The notes under the pieces were generated by a model that saw only the letters and a program-made list of their open reading frames with translations, was not told where the DNA came from and did no database searches. Shown piece after piece: positions 37,737 to 46,714 of a stretch of DNA of 64,000 nucleotides. Numbering within the stretch: position 1 is the stretch's first letter; every line of letters starts with the position of its first letter. The position numbers and the translations under genes were made by a program. Location: NCBI GenBank assembly GCA_963817045.1, contig CAWFMZ010000038.1, positions 45,797-109,796 of the forward strand, written 5' to 3'. The DNA comes from an uncultured Alphaproteobacteria bacterium. GTDB lineage: Bacteria > Pseudomonadota > Alphaproteobacteria > Rhizobiales > Xanthobacteraceae.

Positions 37737-38723
37737 ATGAAAATCATAACAAAAATAACCGCGGCACTGATCGCCGCGCTGGCGATATTTTCGACAGGCA
37801 ACAACGCCGTTGCGCAAAGCGGTTACCCGGACCGCGCGGTCAGAATGATCCTTGGCTATCCGCCCGCGGGACCGGTGGACATCATCGCACGCATCATGGG
37901 CGACCGGCTGAGCCAGATCTGGGGCCAGCCGGTGGTGGTCGAAAATGTGTCCGGCGCCGGCGGCAACATCGCGGGCGACCGCGTCGCCAAGACCGCGCCC
38001 GACGGCTACACGATTTTGATGGCGACCAACGCGCAGGTCGCCATCAATCCAGGTCTCTACGCCAAAATGACTTACGACCCCGCCAAGGACCTGATGCCGA
38101 TCTCGCAGGCGGTCTACTCGCCCAATATTCTCGTCGTCCCCAATGACGTGCCGGCCAAGACCGTGCAGGAGCTGGTCGCCTATGCGCGCGCGAACCCCGG
38201 CAAGCTGAGCTTCGCCTCGGCCGGCGTCGGCACGACGCAGCACCTCGCCGGCGAGCTGTTCAAGGCGATGGCGCACATCGATATCCAGCACGTGCCCTAT
38301 CGCGGCGCTGGTCCCATGATCACCGACCTGCTGGGCGGACGCATCACCATGTCCTTTATCGCCATCGCGCCTGCGATCCCGCTGGTGCGGGAAGGCAAGT
38401 TGCGCGCGCTGGCCGTCACGTCGGCCAAGCACTTTGGCGCGGCGCCCGAGCTGCCGACCATGATCGAAGCCGGCTATCCGGGCTTTGTCTCGATTCTCTC
38501 GATCGGCCTGATGGCGCCGGCCGGAACCCCGGCCGCGATCATCGAAAAAATTCACCAGGTCTCGGTGAATGCTTTGTCCACGCCGGAGGTGCGCAAAAAA
38601 TTGAGCGACATCGGCATGGAAGTGATTGGCAACTCGCCTAAGGAGTTCGCGGCCGCCCTCGCGGCGGAAACACCGCAATGGGCGAAAGTCATCAAGGACG
38701 CCGGGATCGCGGCGAGTAATTAG
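37737..38723 (+). CDS. Bug family (TctC-like) substrate-binding protein
   Basis: ATG at 37737 within ORF 37722..38723. Signal peptide. SGYPDRAVRMILGYPPAGPVD. Confidence 0.9.
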   Translation: MKIITKITAALIAALAIFSTGNNAVAQSGYPDRAVRMILGYPPAGPVDIIARIMGDRLSQIWGQPVVVENVSGAGGNIAGDRVAKTAPDGYTILMATNAQVAINPGLYAKMTYDPAKDLMPISQAVYSPNILVVPNDVPAKTVQELVAYARANPGKLSFASAGVGTTQHLAGELFKAMAHIDIQHVPYRGAGPMITDLLGGRITMSFIAIAPAIPLVREGKLRALAVTSAKHFGAAPELPTMIEAGYPGFVSILSIGLMAPAGTPAAIIEKIHQVSVNALSTPEVRKKLSDIGMEVIGNSPKEFAAALAAETPQWAKVIKDAGIAASN

Positions 38724-38726
38724 TTC

Positions 38727-38815
38727 GTGGGGCGGATGAGCGCAGTGTCATCCGCCATGCTGACAAAGACGGCGGGTTACGCCTTCGCCTAACCTGCCCT
38801 ACGCAGTGTGTTAGG
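38727..38815. repeat. REP-like element with hairpin GGCGGATGA-N8-TCATCCGCC
   Basis: Palindrome at 38731..38757 plus a GGCGGGTTACGCC...CCTGCCCTACG segment resembling common rhizobial intergenic repeats (from memory). Confidence 0.4.
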
Positions 38816-38824
38816 CTTCACCTT

Positions 38825-39133
38825 ATGCTCCCTTCAGAAGAAAAACCCCTCCCCGCCGTCGGCGCCTATTGGATCGACGAAGCCGACTATTCGGCGGCGC
38901 TGAGAATATTCGACGACGGCAACACGTTGCCGCGCAGCTGGAAGGAATGGCTGAAGATCGCCGAAGAGATGGAGAAAGGGCTCAAAGCCTACGGACACGT
39001 CGTCGAGCGCGTCCGCATCGATCCGGCCACTTTCCCGGCATGGTGCGCCGCCCATGGTACGACCCCGGGCCGGCAAGGGCGAAAAGCTTTCGTGGCGGCC
39101 GCGGTCACTGAGAAATACGGCAAGCAAGACTGA
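38825..39133 (+). CDS. hypothetical protein
   Basis: 102-aa ORF with coding-like composition. No family recognised. Confidence 0.55.
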   Translation: MLPSEEKPLPAVGAYWIDEADYSAALRIFDDGNTLPRSWKEWLKIAEEMEKGLKAYGHVVERVRIDPATFPAWCAAHGTTPGRQGRKAFVAAAVTEKYGKQD

Positions 39134-39387
39134 TCCGCCTTGCCCGCTGGGAAGGCTTGCCCCTCCCCAATCCTCCACCAACGCCAGTCGGGCTTGCCCG
39201 ACTCGGGCTTAACTTTGCAAACCCCAGGGGCAGGTCCGGGTTTCTCGGCGGCGGGAGCAGGCTGCGGCATGCTGCACCGCCAAAGAGAAAGAATGCGCGA
39301 CAATGCCGCAACGCCGTTTTGATCTAGCTCAATGCGCCCGGGCAGTCGTTGTTTCGCAATCACAACCTAAACTAGCAGGAGGGTTCG

Positions 39388-39534
39388 ATGCTCGATCGCA
39401 CCACCGCTACTCATCCACACCACACCGCCACGTTCGGCCGGGCCGCAGCGACCGCGCTTCCCATTATTCTTTTCGCCGCCGTCTTGCTGTTCGCGATTCT
39501 CGTTACGTTGCGATTCGCCTACGGCTGGGTCTAG
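39388..39534 (+). CDS. candidate 48-aa single-TM peptide (below ORF-track cutoff)
   Basis: ATG preceded by AGGAGG with a 7-nt gap. Translates to MLDRTTATHPHHTATFGRAAATALPIILFAAVLLFAILVTLRFAYGWV. Confidence 0.35.
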   Translation: MLDRTTATHPHHTATFGRAAATALPIILFAAVLLFAILVTLRFAYGWV

Positions 39535-39814
39535 GCGGTTTCCGAGGGGGCGGCAGCCACGGTTCCGATGGCCAGCGACGGTCTCGCCGCCTTCGTTTAG
39601 GTTTTGGTCACAGGTGCCGGGACCGTTTGACTCTACGTGAGACACCTCGCTCGCTGGGCAAGCGCAGAACGGGCGTGCCGGCAAAATCAGATTTCGTCCC
39701 GCATGAACGCGCGGGCTCTGGCGTTCCCGCCTGCGCGCCTCACGGGCTGCGGCGAGACGCTACCCACGTTTGCCGCGGCTCGACCAAACGGCCCGCGACG
39801 CTGGCGCCGGAGTC

Positions 39815-40913
39815 TTAATGCGGCAGTTGCTGGCGCGCCTGGCAGGCTTGCCGATAGCCGAGCAGGCGCTCGGCCGATTCGGTCGACAGCCGGCCGTACT
39901 CCGCGCTCATCTCCTCGAGCATTTGCTCGCGGCCGTCGCCCATGCCGGGCAGCGTGTTGAGCACCGCGTGCGCGACCAGCCATTCCAGCCCGATGGCCCT
40001 GCACAACGCCATCGCGTCAAACGGCTCGCTGTCGCAGATCAGCCGCGAGACCAGCACGATCGGGACGCCGCTCAGGATCGAGAGCGCGGCCACCAGTTCG
40101 GCGATGCGGTTGCCGTCGGCGAATTGCAGCACCTTGGAGCGGGTCTGCTCGGTATCCTGGCTGAACGAATGCACCAGACGCCGCGCGGCGGCGAATTCCT
40201 TCGGCGAAACGGTCATGCTGCCGGCCGGGTTGGCGATCTGCGTGAGCACGCGATTGATGGCGTCGCGATCGGCCGGCCCGGCCGCGGCCAGCAGGGGTTG
40301 CCGCGCTTCTTCGGTCGCGTGGCCGAGCAGCCGCTTGAACAATGCGGGCGAGAAGTCGGCGCGCCGGGGGCATCGCCTCGGTGAGTTCGTTGTCGCCGCT
40401 GGCGCGCATCACCAGCATCGACATGCCGGTCTTCGACAGCCGCGCGCCGGAATTGACCGCGACCCTGGTAACGACCTCGCGATCGCCGCGGTCGACCAGC
40501 ACATCGGTGACTACCGGGCTGAGCTGTACACGCTCGGCGATCTTGCTCAGGTGCGGCTGGCCTTTGCTCCCGGCGATTTCGACGGGATTCTGGTCCGTCA
40601 GCCGCGGCGATTGCGCCAGTACCGGCCCGGCGACGGTGATGTTGTCATCCGAGGCAAGGCGGCGAATGACGTTGCACGGCGCATTGGCGAACGGCGCAAG
40701 ACCCCAGCTCAGCTCGACCCGCGCCCGGCTTTCGACATGGTCGACCAAGCGGACGATGACGTCGTCGAAGACCGACGACACTTGCTCGGTGATCCTGTCG
40801 CGGCCGGCCAGAAAAAGGGCGGTGACGCTCTTCAATATCGACAGGTGGCGTTCGGTCGAATTGCTTTTGATCGCATATTCGAGTTCGTCAATAATTTGCA
40901 GAGCTTGAGACAT
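39815..40913 (-). pseudogene. DUF2336 domain protein, apparent frameshift near 40360
   Basis: N-terminal part from ATG 40913 (MSQALQIIDELEYAIKSNSTERHLSILKSV...) is in the ORF 40017..40949 frame. The C-terminal part (ADFSPALFKRLLGHATEE...) is in the ORF 39815..40342 frame. The junction is at a CCCCC/GGCGCGCC context. Confidence 0.75.
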
Positions 40914-41066
40914 TCCTTGTCCTTCTTGGGCAGGAATTCTTCCCGCCATCTTAGCCGCGTAATCGATCGGTCATGCGTCAAACTGCGGCACGTAGTACTA
41001 AGCTGAAAAAAATTAAAGCTGCTTTAATAGGTTCCACGCGACGGCCGCCGCGGCCTTGCCATTTGA

Positions 41067-41083
41067 TATGTTATATTGTTACA
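41067..41083. promoter_or_regulatory. candidate Zur-type operator (imperfect AT-rich palindrome ATGTTATATTGTTACAT)
   Basis: 12 of 17 positions are self-complementary. It is the only AT-rich palindrome in the 220-nt region upstream of the metal ABC transporter. Resembles ATGTTAT..ATAACAT-type Zur boxes as I remember them. Confidence 0.35.
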
Positions 41084-41135
41084 TTAGGCTGTGCGGGGCA
41101 CCCCGATTTCACGCGGAATTGTAGGCTTTCCAACC

Positions 41136-42023
41136 ATGAAGACCGTCTCCGGGCTCGCCGCCGCCCTTGCCCTTCTCCTCGCCATTCCGTCGGCACCCGG
41201 CGCGCGCGCCGCCGACGGCAAGATCGCCGTGGTGGCGGCGGAGAACTTCTATGGCGACATCGCCCGCCAGATCGGCGGCGACCGGGTCGCGGTCGTCAGC
41301 ATCATGAACAACCCCGACCAGGACCCGCATCTGTTCGAAACCACGCCGGGCATCGTGCGCCAGATCGCGGACGCGCAAATCGCGATCGTCAACGGCGCCA
41401 ACTACGACCCGTGGATGGAAAAGCTGCTGGCGGCCGCGACGCGGCCGGGCCGCACCGTCATCACCGTCGCCGACTTGGTCGGCAAAAAGGCCGGCGACAA
41501 CCCGCATCTTTGGTACCATCCCGCCACCATGCCGGCGGCCGCCAAGGCGATCGCCGCCGCGTTCACGACAGCCGACGCCGCGCATGCCGCCGATTATTCG
41601 GTGCGCCTCGCAGCGACGCTGACCGCGCTCGACCGCGTTACCCAGCGCGTCGCGCAGATCAAAGCCAAGCACGCCGGCGCGGCGATCACCGCCACCGAGC
41701 CGGTGTTCGGCCCCATGGCCGAAGCGCTCGGGTTGACCATGCGCAATCAGTCGTTCCAGCTTTCCATGATGAACGATACCGAGCCGAGCGCGCGCGACGT
41801 GGCCGCGTTCGAGAACGACCTTAAAGGCCACAAAGTGAAGGCGCTGCTATACAACAGCCAAGTGTCGGAGAAACTGACTGAGCGGCTGCTCGACATCGCC
41901 CGGCAGGCCAAGGTGCCGGTGGTCGGCGTGACCGAGACCCAGCCGGCCAATATGTCGTTCCAGAATTGGATGCTGGACGAGCTCGATGCGCTCGACAAAG
42001 CGCTGACCGGACCGAATTCATGA
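41136..42023 (+). CDS. metal (Zn/Mn) ABC transporter substrate-binding protein (TroA/ZnuA-like)
   Basis: ATG at 41136 within ORF 41091..42023. Signal peptide. DQDPHLFE and NPHLWY metal-ligand regions. Confidence 0.85.
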   Translation: MKTVSGLAAALALLLAIPSAPGARAADGKIAVVAAENFYGDIARQIGGDRVAVVSIMNNPDQDPHLFETTPGIVRQIADAQIAIVNGANYDPWMEKLLAAATRPGRTVITVADLVGKKAGDNPHLWYHPATMPAAAKAIAAAFTTADAAHAADYSVRLAATLTALDRVTQRVAQIKAKHAGAAITATEPVFGPMAEALGLTMRNQSFQLSMMNDTEPSARDVAAFENDLKGHKVKALLYNSQVSEKLTERLLDIARQAKVPVVGVTETQPANMSFQNWMLDELDALDKALTGPNS

Positions 42024-42847
42024 CCGCTGTCATCGCGCTCGACCGCGCCAGCCTCCGGATCGGCGGCCGCACCGTGCTGGCGGAGGCGAGCTTCGCTATC
42101 AATGCGGGCGAATTCATCGGCGTGCTGGGGCCGAATGGCGCCGGCAAGACCACGTTGATGCGCGCCATTCTCGGGCTGCTGCCGCCGAGCGCCGGAACGT
42201 TGCGCGTGTTCGGCCACGCGCCGCAGCGCGGCGACCGCAGTATCGGCTATCTACCGCAAGTGCGCACCGTTCTGCCGGACTTAAGGGTGCGCGGGCTCGA
42301 TTTCATCGGCTCATCGCTACATGGCGAGCGCTGGGGCCTGCCGTCGCTCGCGGCCTCCGACCGCCACATGATCGAAGCGACGCTTGACGCGGTCGGCGCG
42401 CGCGATCTGGCCAACCGTCCGCTGTCCGAAATGTCCGGCGGCGAGCGGCAGCGGCTGCTGCTGGCGCAGGCGCTGATCGGTTCGCCGAAATTGCTGCTGC
42501 TCGACGAGCCACTGATCAGCCTGGACGCCCGCCATCAGGAAGTGGCGATCGACGTCGTGCGCAAGGTCTGCCGCGAACGCGGGATCACCGTGCTGTTCAG
42601 CGCGCACGAGCTCAACCAACTGCTCGGCACGCTCGACCGCGTGCTCTATCTCGGCAACGGCCAGGCGGTGCTCGGCACCGTGGAAGAGGTGATCACCGCG
42701 CCGGTGCTGTCGCGCCTGTACGGCACCGAGATCCAGGTGGTGCGCGCCGACGGCCACATCTTCGTGATGTCGCGCGGCCGCGAGGTCGAGGCTGCCGACC
42801 ACCTGCACGACGACGACCACGGCCATGGGCATGAGCATCATCATTGA
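42020..42847 (+). CDS. metal ABC transporter ATP-binding protein
   Basis: ATGA overlap with the SBP stop. Walker A GPNGAGKTT, signature SGGERQR, Walker B LLLLDEP. His-rich tail HLHDDDHGHGHEHHH. Confidence 0.9.
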   Translation: MTAVIALDRASLRIGGRTVLAEASFAINAGEFIGVLGPNGAGKTTLMRAILGLLPPSAGTLRVFGHAPQRGDRSIGYLPQVRTVLPDLRVRGLDFIGSSLHGERWGLPSLAASDRHMIEATLDAVGARDLANRPLSEMSGGERQRLLLAQALIGSPKLLLLDEPLISLDARHQEVAIDVVRKVCRERGITVLFSAHELNQLLGTLDRVLYLGNGQAVLGTVEEVITAPVLSRLYGTEIQVVRADGHIFVMSRGREVEAADHLHDDDHGHGHEHHH

Positions 42848-42849
42848 AA

Positions 42850-42995
42850 GCGGCCTCTCACCTCCCCTCCCCCCGCGAAGCGGCGGGGAGGGGTCGGGGG
42901 TGGGGGAACGAAATTCGATTGGGGCGCATAAAGCACCCCCCACCCCTAACCCTTCCCCACCACTCGCAAGAGCTCGTGGGGGGAGGGGAAAAGAA
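42850..42995. repeat. REP-like composite element between ABC ATPase and permease genes
   Basis: CCTCCCCTCCCCCCGC-GAAG-CGGCGGGGAGGGG and CCCTTCCCC...GGGGGGAGGGGAA palindromic units, same family as 8045..8069. Confidence 0.65.
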
Positions 42996-43002
42996 GACTG
43001 AC

Positions 43003-43821
43003 ATGTTCGCCTATGAATTCATGAACAATGCCTTCGCCGCCGCCGGCATCGTGGCGGTGGTGTCGGGCATTGTCGGTTACTTCCTGGTGATGCGCGGGCA
43101 GACTTTCGCCGGCCACGCGCTCTCGCATATCGGCTTTGCCGGCGCAACCGGCGCCGGATTGATCGGACTGGCGCCGCTCTGGGGTCTGCTCGGATTCACG
43201 CTCGCCGCCGGCATCGTGATGGGCATGCTGAGCGAGCGCATCAGCAATCGCGACATCGCCATCGGCATCGTATTGTCGCTCGCGCTCGGCTTCGGCCTGC
43301 TGTTCCTGCACTACTATACGTCGTTCGCCACGCAGGCGACCGCGCTGCTGTTCGGCAACGTGCTGGCGGTCGACCGCCAAATGATCGCGACGCTGGCGGT
43401 GCTCGCCGCCATCACACTGCTCGCGCTCGGGGCGATCATGCGGCCGCTGATCTTCGCCAGCCTGCAGCCGGAACTGGCGGAAGCCAAGGGCGTGCCGCTG
43501 CGTTTCGTGTCGACCGCCTTCCTGGCGATCGTCGCCTTGGCGGTGTCGGAATGCGCGCAGATCGTCGGCGTGCTGCTGGTGTTCACGCTGATGGTCGGCC
43601 CGCCCGCCGCCGCGCAGCGCGTGACCACCGGCCTGTGGAGCGGGCTGCTGTTGTCCGCCGTGCTCGCCTTGGGCGAGGCCTGGCTTGGCATCACGCTCGC
43701 CTATCACACCGACTGGCCGGTGAGCTTCTGCATCGCCGTGCTCAGCGCGCTCGGCTATTTCGCGGCCTTGAGCACGCCGAGACGGGCGCATACGGACGTG
43801 CTAATCAGCCGGCATGACTGA
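43003..43821 (+). CDS. metal ABC transporter permease (ZnuB/TroC-like)
   Basis: ATG at 43003 within ORF 42844..43821, 272 aa, multi-TM. Confidence 0.9.
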   Translation: MFAYEFMNNAFAAAGIVAVVSGIVGYFLVMRGQTFAGHALSHIGFAGATGAGLIGLAPLWGLLGFTLAAGIVMGMLSERISNRDIAIGIVLSLALGFGLLFLHYYTSFATQATALLFGNVLAVDRQMIATLAVLAAITLLALGAIMRPLIFASLQPELAEAKGVPLRFVSTAFLAIVALAVSECAQIVGVLLVFTLMVGPPAAAQRVTTGLWSGLLLSAVLALGEAWLGITLAYHTDWPVSFCIAVLSALGYFAALSTPRRAHTDVLISRHD

Positions 43822-44741
43822 CCCGGGCCAACGCGCAGTCTGCATCGGCGAGGCGATTATTGAGCTCGCGCGCGGCGCCGACGGCCGTTTCGCGCTCGGC
43901 AGTGGCGGCGACACCTTCAACACCGCGATCTATCTGGCGCGCGCCGGCGCTGCCGTGGCGTTTGCGAGTGCGCTCGGCGACGATCCTTTTTCCCACGCGA
44001 TCGTGTCGCTGGCACGGGCGGAAGGCATCGGCACAGACCTCATCCTGCGCGCGCCAGGCCGGCTGCCCGGCCTCGCGCTGATCGACCAGGACAGCAAGGG
44101 CGAACGGCGTTTCCATTATTGGCGCGAGGCGGCGCCGGCGCGCGAACTGTTCGAGCTGCCGCAGTGGAGCCGCATGGCGGAAGGCCTGACGGCGGCGCGG
44201 CTGATCTACTTTACCGGCATCACGCTTTCGCTCTATTCGAACGTGGGGCTCGGGCGCTTTCTTGCCACCGTCGAGATCGCACGCAACAATGGCGCCAAGA
44301 TCGCCTTCGATGGAAATTTCCGCCCGCGCGGCTGGCATGGCGATCTCACGCGCACCCGCACCGTGTTCGCGGAAGCGCTCAAGCGCGTCGACATCGCGCT
44401 GCCGGCCTATGATGACGAGGCGGTGCTGTGGGGCGACCCCAGCCCGGAGGCGACCATCGAGCGGCTGCAAGCCTTCGGCGTGAATGAAATCGTGGTGAAG
44501 AACGGGCCGAACAGCGCGCTGGTGGCGGCTTCAGGTGAGCGCGACGCCGTGCCGGTGCCGGAGGTGGTGGTCCCCGTCGATCCGACCGCCGCCGGCGACG
44601 GCTTCAATGCCGGCTATCTCGCCGCGCGGCTCGAACGGACGCGGGGCCATCGAGGCGGCGCACGCCGCGCACAAGCTCGCCGGTCAAGTGATCCGGCACC
44701 GCGGCGCCATCACGCCGCGCGCCGGCGCGGCGGTGCATTAG
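43814..44741 (+). pseudogene. PfkB family sugar kinase (2-dehydro-3-deoxygluconokinase-like), apparent frameshift near 44632
   Basis: ORF 43814..44941 carries the kinase up to DPTAAGDGFNAGYLAARL. The homologous C-terminus (NGRGAIEAAHAAHKLAGQVIRHRGAI...) is in the ORF 44535..44741 frame. Confidence 0.8.
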
Positions 44742-44744
44742 CGC

Positions 44745-45008
44745 ATGCGACAAGTGAAGGTTTACAAGATCTCCAAGGCGATGGCGTGCCGCATCGTTGC
44801 GCTCTATCTGTTCGGCGCGCAGGGGGCGCTCGCGGCTCCGATGCTTTGCAGCGGCGAGCAAAAAACCTGCATCGCCGTCTGCCAGGGATATCCCCGCGCT
44901 TTGGTCGGGGATTGCATCGCCAATTGCCGCGCCCGGTTTAACTATTGCAGGCAAACGGGGTGCTGGGACGACGGCAGCAACCGGTATTGCGGCCTGGGAC
45001 GGCAGTAA
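44745..45008 (+). CDS. small secreted cysteine-rich protein
   Basis: 87 aa. Signal-like MACRIVALYLFGAQGALA, then 8 Cys in about 55 residues. Confidence 0.55.
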   Translation: MRQVKVYKISKAMACRIVALYLFGAQGALAAPMLCSGEQKTCIAVCQGYPRALVGDCIANCRARFNYCRQTGCWDDGSNRYCGLGRQ

Positions 45009-45014
45009 GATTCA

Positions 45015-45509
45015 TCACGGCTTGGCGAGCAGCATCGCCAGTGCCGCCGCGATGAACGGTAGCGGCAGCGACACCGCGGCGCGCAGCCAGACAATGCGCG
45101 CCGGCATCATCGGCACTTCCCAGATCACCAGCCGGTGGATCGCGTAGAGCGCCCAGGCGGTGGAATAGGCGATCACCTGCGGCGCACCCGCTCCGCCCTT
45201 CAGCGCGGCGGCGCCGATGGAAAAGCCGACCACCGGCCCGCCCGGCGTGAGCGCGCCGCCGAGCGTGGCGATGACGACGCCCGTGAAGCCGGAGCCCGGG
45301 CCGATCCATGCGGCGACCAGGGCCTTCGGCAGCACCTCGGCGATAAAGCCGGAGCCGACCACGCCGGCGCCGATGCGCGGCAGCAGCAGGATGAATTCCA
45401 TCACGCCGTCGCGCGCGCCATTGTTGAGCAGCACGCGTCCGCGATATGCCGCGATGAAGCCAAGCGCGGCGACCACCAGCCACAGCAGGCTGTTGATGGC
45501 GAGCGTCAT
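45015..45509 (-). CDS. permease family membrane protein (second half of a two-gene permease pair)
   Basis: ATG at 45509 within ORF 45015..45641. ATGA overlap with the upstream gene. Multi-TM. Confidence 0.7.
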   Translation of the reverse strand: MTLAINSLLWLVVAALGFIAAYRGRVLLNNGARDGVMEFILLLPRIGAGVVGSGFIAEVLPKALVAAWIGPGSGFTGVVIATLGGALTPGGPVVGFSIGAAALKGGAGAPQVIAYSTAWALYAIHRLVIWEVPMMPARIVWLRAAVSLPLPFIAAALAMLLAKP

Positions 45510-46144
45510 TGCGCGTCGCGCTCGCGTGCGAAGCCGGCGCGCACCGCGATCCGCGCCAGGATGCCGGCGAGGATCGGCAGCGGCAGCGCCTCGACGATGC
45601 GCCAGATCACGAACTCCGAGCCGAAGAACGGCAGCTCCCATACCAGCGCGCGCGTATAGCCGATCAGCGTCCAGCTGACGATGAAAGCCACCACCGCGCC
45701 GGCATCGGCGCCCATGACAAGAAAGGCGCCGGCCACCGGATAGATGGTGATCGGACCGCCAGGTAGCAGAAAGCCGAAGAACGCCGCGATCAGCAGGCCG
45801 GTCATGCCGGATTCGTGGCCGACCCAGCGCGCCACCAGTTCGCGCGGAAGCAGCAGCGTGACAAAGGCGCCGATCAGGCAGCCGGCCAGGACCTTGGGCA
45901 GCATCTCGCCGAACAACGTGAGGTCGCTGCCGAGGATGGCGAGGAAATGCTCACGCCCGTCGCGCCAATAGACCGCCGCCGCGGCGGCAATCGCCACAAC
46001 GGCGATCGCCGCCGTCGACCAGTCGAAGGCGCGCCGACGGCGTTTGATGGTGGGCTCTGACGGCAAGACCGGGATAAAGTCCGCTGCGGGGAGCGCATCC
46101 TGCGTCCGCGCGGCCGCCCGTTCAAGACGGTCGGCCGCACGCAT
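45506..46144 (-). CDS. permease family membrane protein (first half of a two-gene permease pair)
   Basis: 212 aa, multi-TM, translationally coupled to 45015..45509. Confidence 0.7.
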   Translation of the reverse strand: MRAADRLERAAARTQDALPAADFIPVLPSEPTIKRRRRAFDWSTAAIAVVAIAAAAAVYWRDGREHFLAILGSDLTLFGEMLPKVLAGCLIGAFVTLLLPRELVARWVGHESGMTGLLIAAFFGFLLPGGPITIYPVAGAFLVMGADAGAVVAFIVSWTLIGYTRALVWELPFFGSEFVIWRIVEALPLPILAGILARIAVRAGFARERDAQ

Positions 46145-46156
46145 AGATGCAATGCG

Positions 46157-46381
46157 CTAATGCGCGGCGGCGGACGACGCGGCACCGGCGGAGGCGACCA
46201 ATTCGCTCTGGCGCGGCGAGCTTGCGACCGCCGCCACCGCGATCATCGCCAGCACGATCGAGGCATAGACCGGGATCATGATGCCCGCGAGTTTCTTGAC
46301 GTCCTGTTTGTCCTCGGCCGAGAGCGTGACATGGACGTGAACATGGTGGCACATCGGCGCCTCCTGGAAAGCTTGAGTCAT
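46157..46381 (-). CDS. small membrane protein with N-terminal CHHVHVHV motif
   Basis: 74 aa with one TM segment (IMIPVYASIVLAMIAVAAVA), 12 nt upstream of the permease pair. Confidence 0.5.
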   Translation of the reverse strand: MTQAFQEAPMCHHVHVHVTLSAEDKQDVKKLAGIMIPVYASIVLAMIAVAAVASSPRQSELVASAGAASSAAAH

Positions 46382-46459
46382 CGGACTCTAGTCCAATGCC
46401 GGCCGTCTGTCTGCCGGCGCCCGGTTGACCCTGCGCTTGCCGGCCGGTAATTTGACCTG

Positions 46460-46600
46460 CGATGGGGATGGAGTCCCCCGAAACCGCCCGTAACGGCTGA
46501 TGACTCCTACCGTCTTTTTAGTTTGCGCATGATCTTTTCCGAAAACCGGTCCCCATCCCCGATCGGGGTCGAGGACATGCTTTTCGGGATCATGCGCGCG
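46460..46600. repeat. REP-like inverted repeat element (GCGCATGATCTTTTCCGAAAA ... CTTTTCGGGATCATGCGC)
   Basis: Long imperfect palindrome read directly from the sequence. Resembles a widespread rhizobial intergenic repeat (from memory). Confidence 0.55.
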
Positions 46601-46714
46601 GAACGGTAGGATTCGATCGGTCGAGCGAGGCGGATTTTCTATGTCAATTTCGCGCCGCCACGCTTCCGATCCCGCGTCGGCTTGGTGCCGCACGCGCACA
46701 ATGGAGCGTGACTG

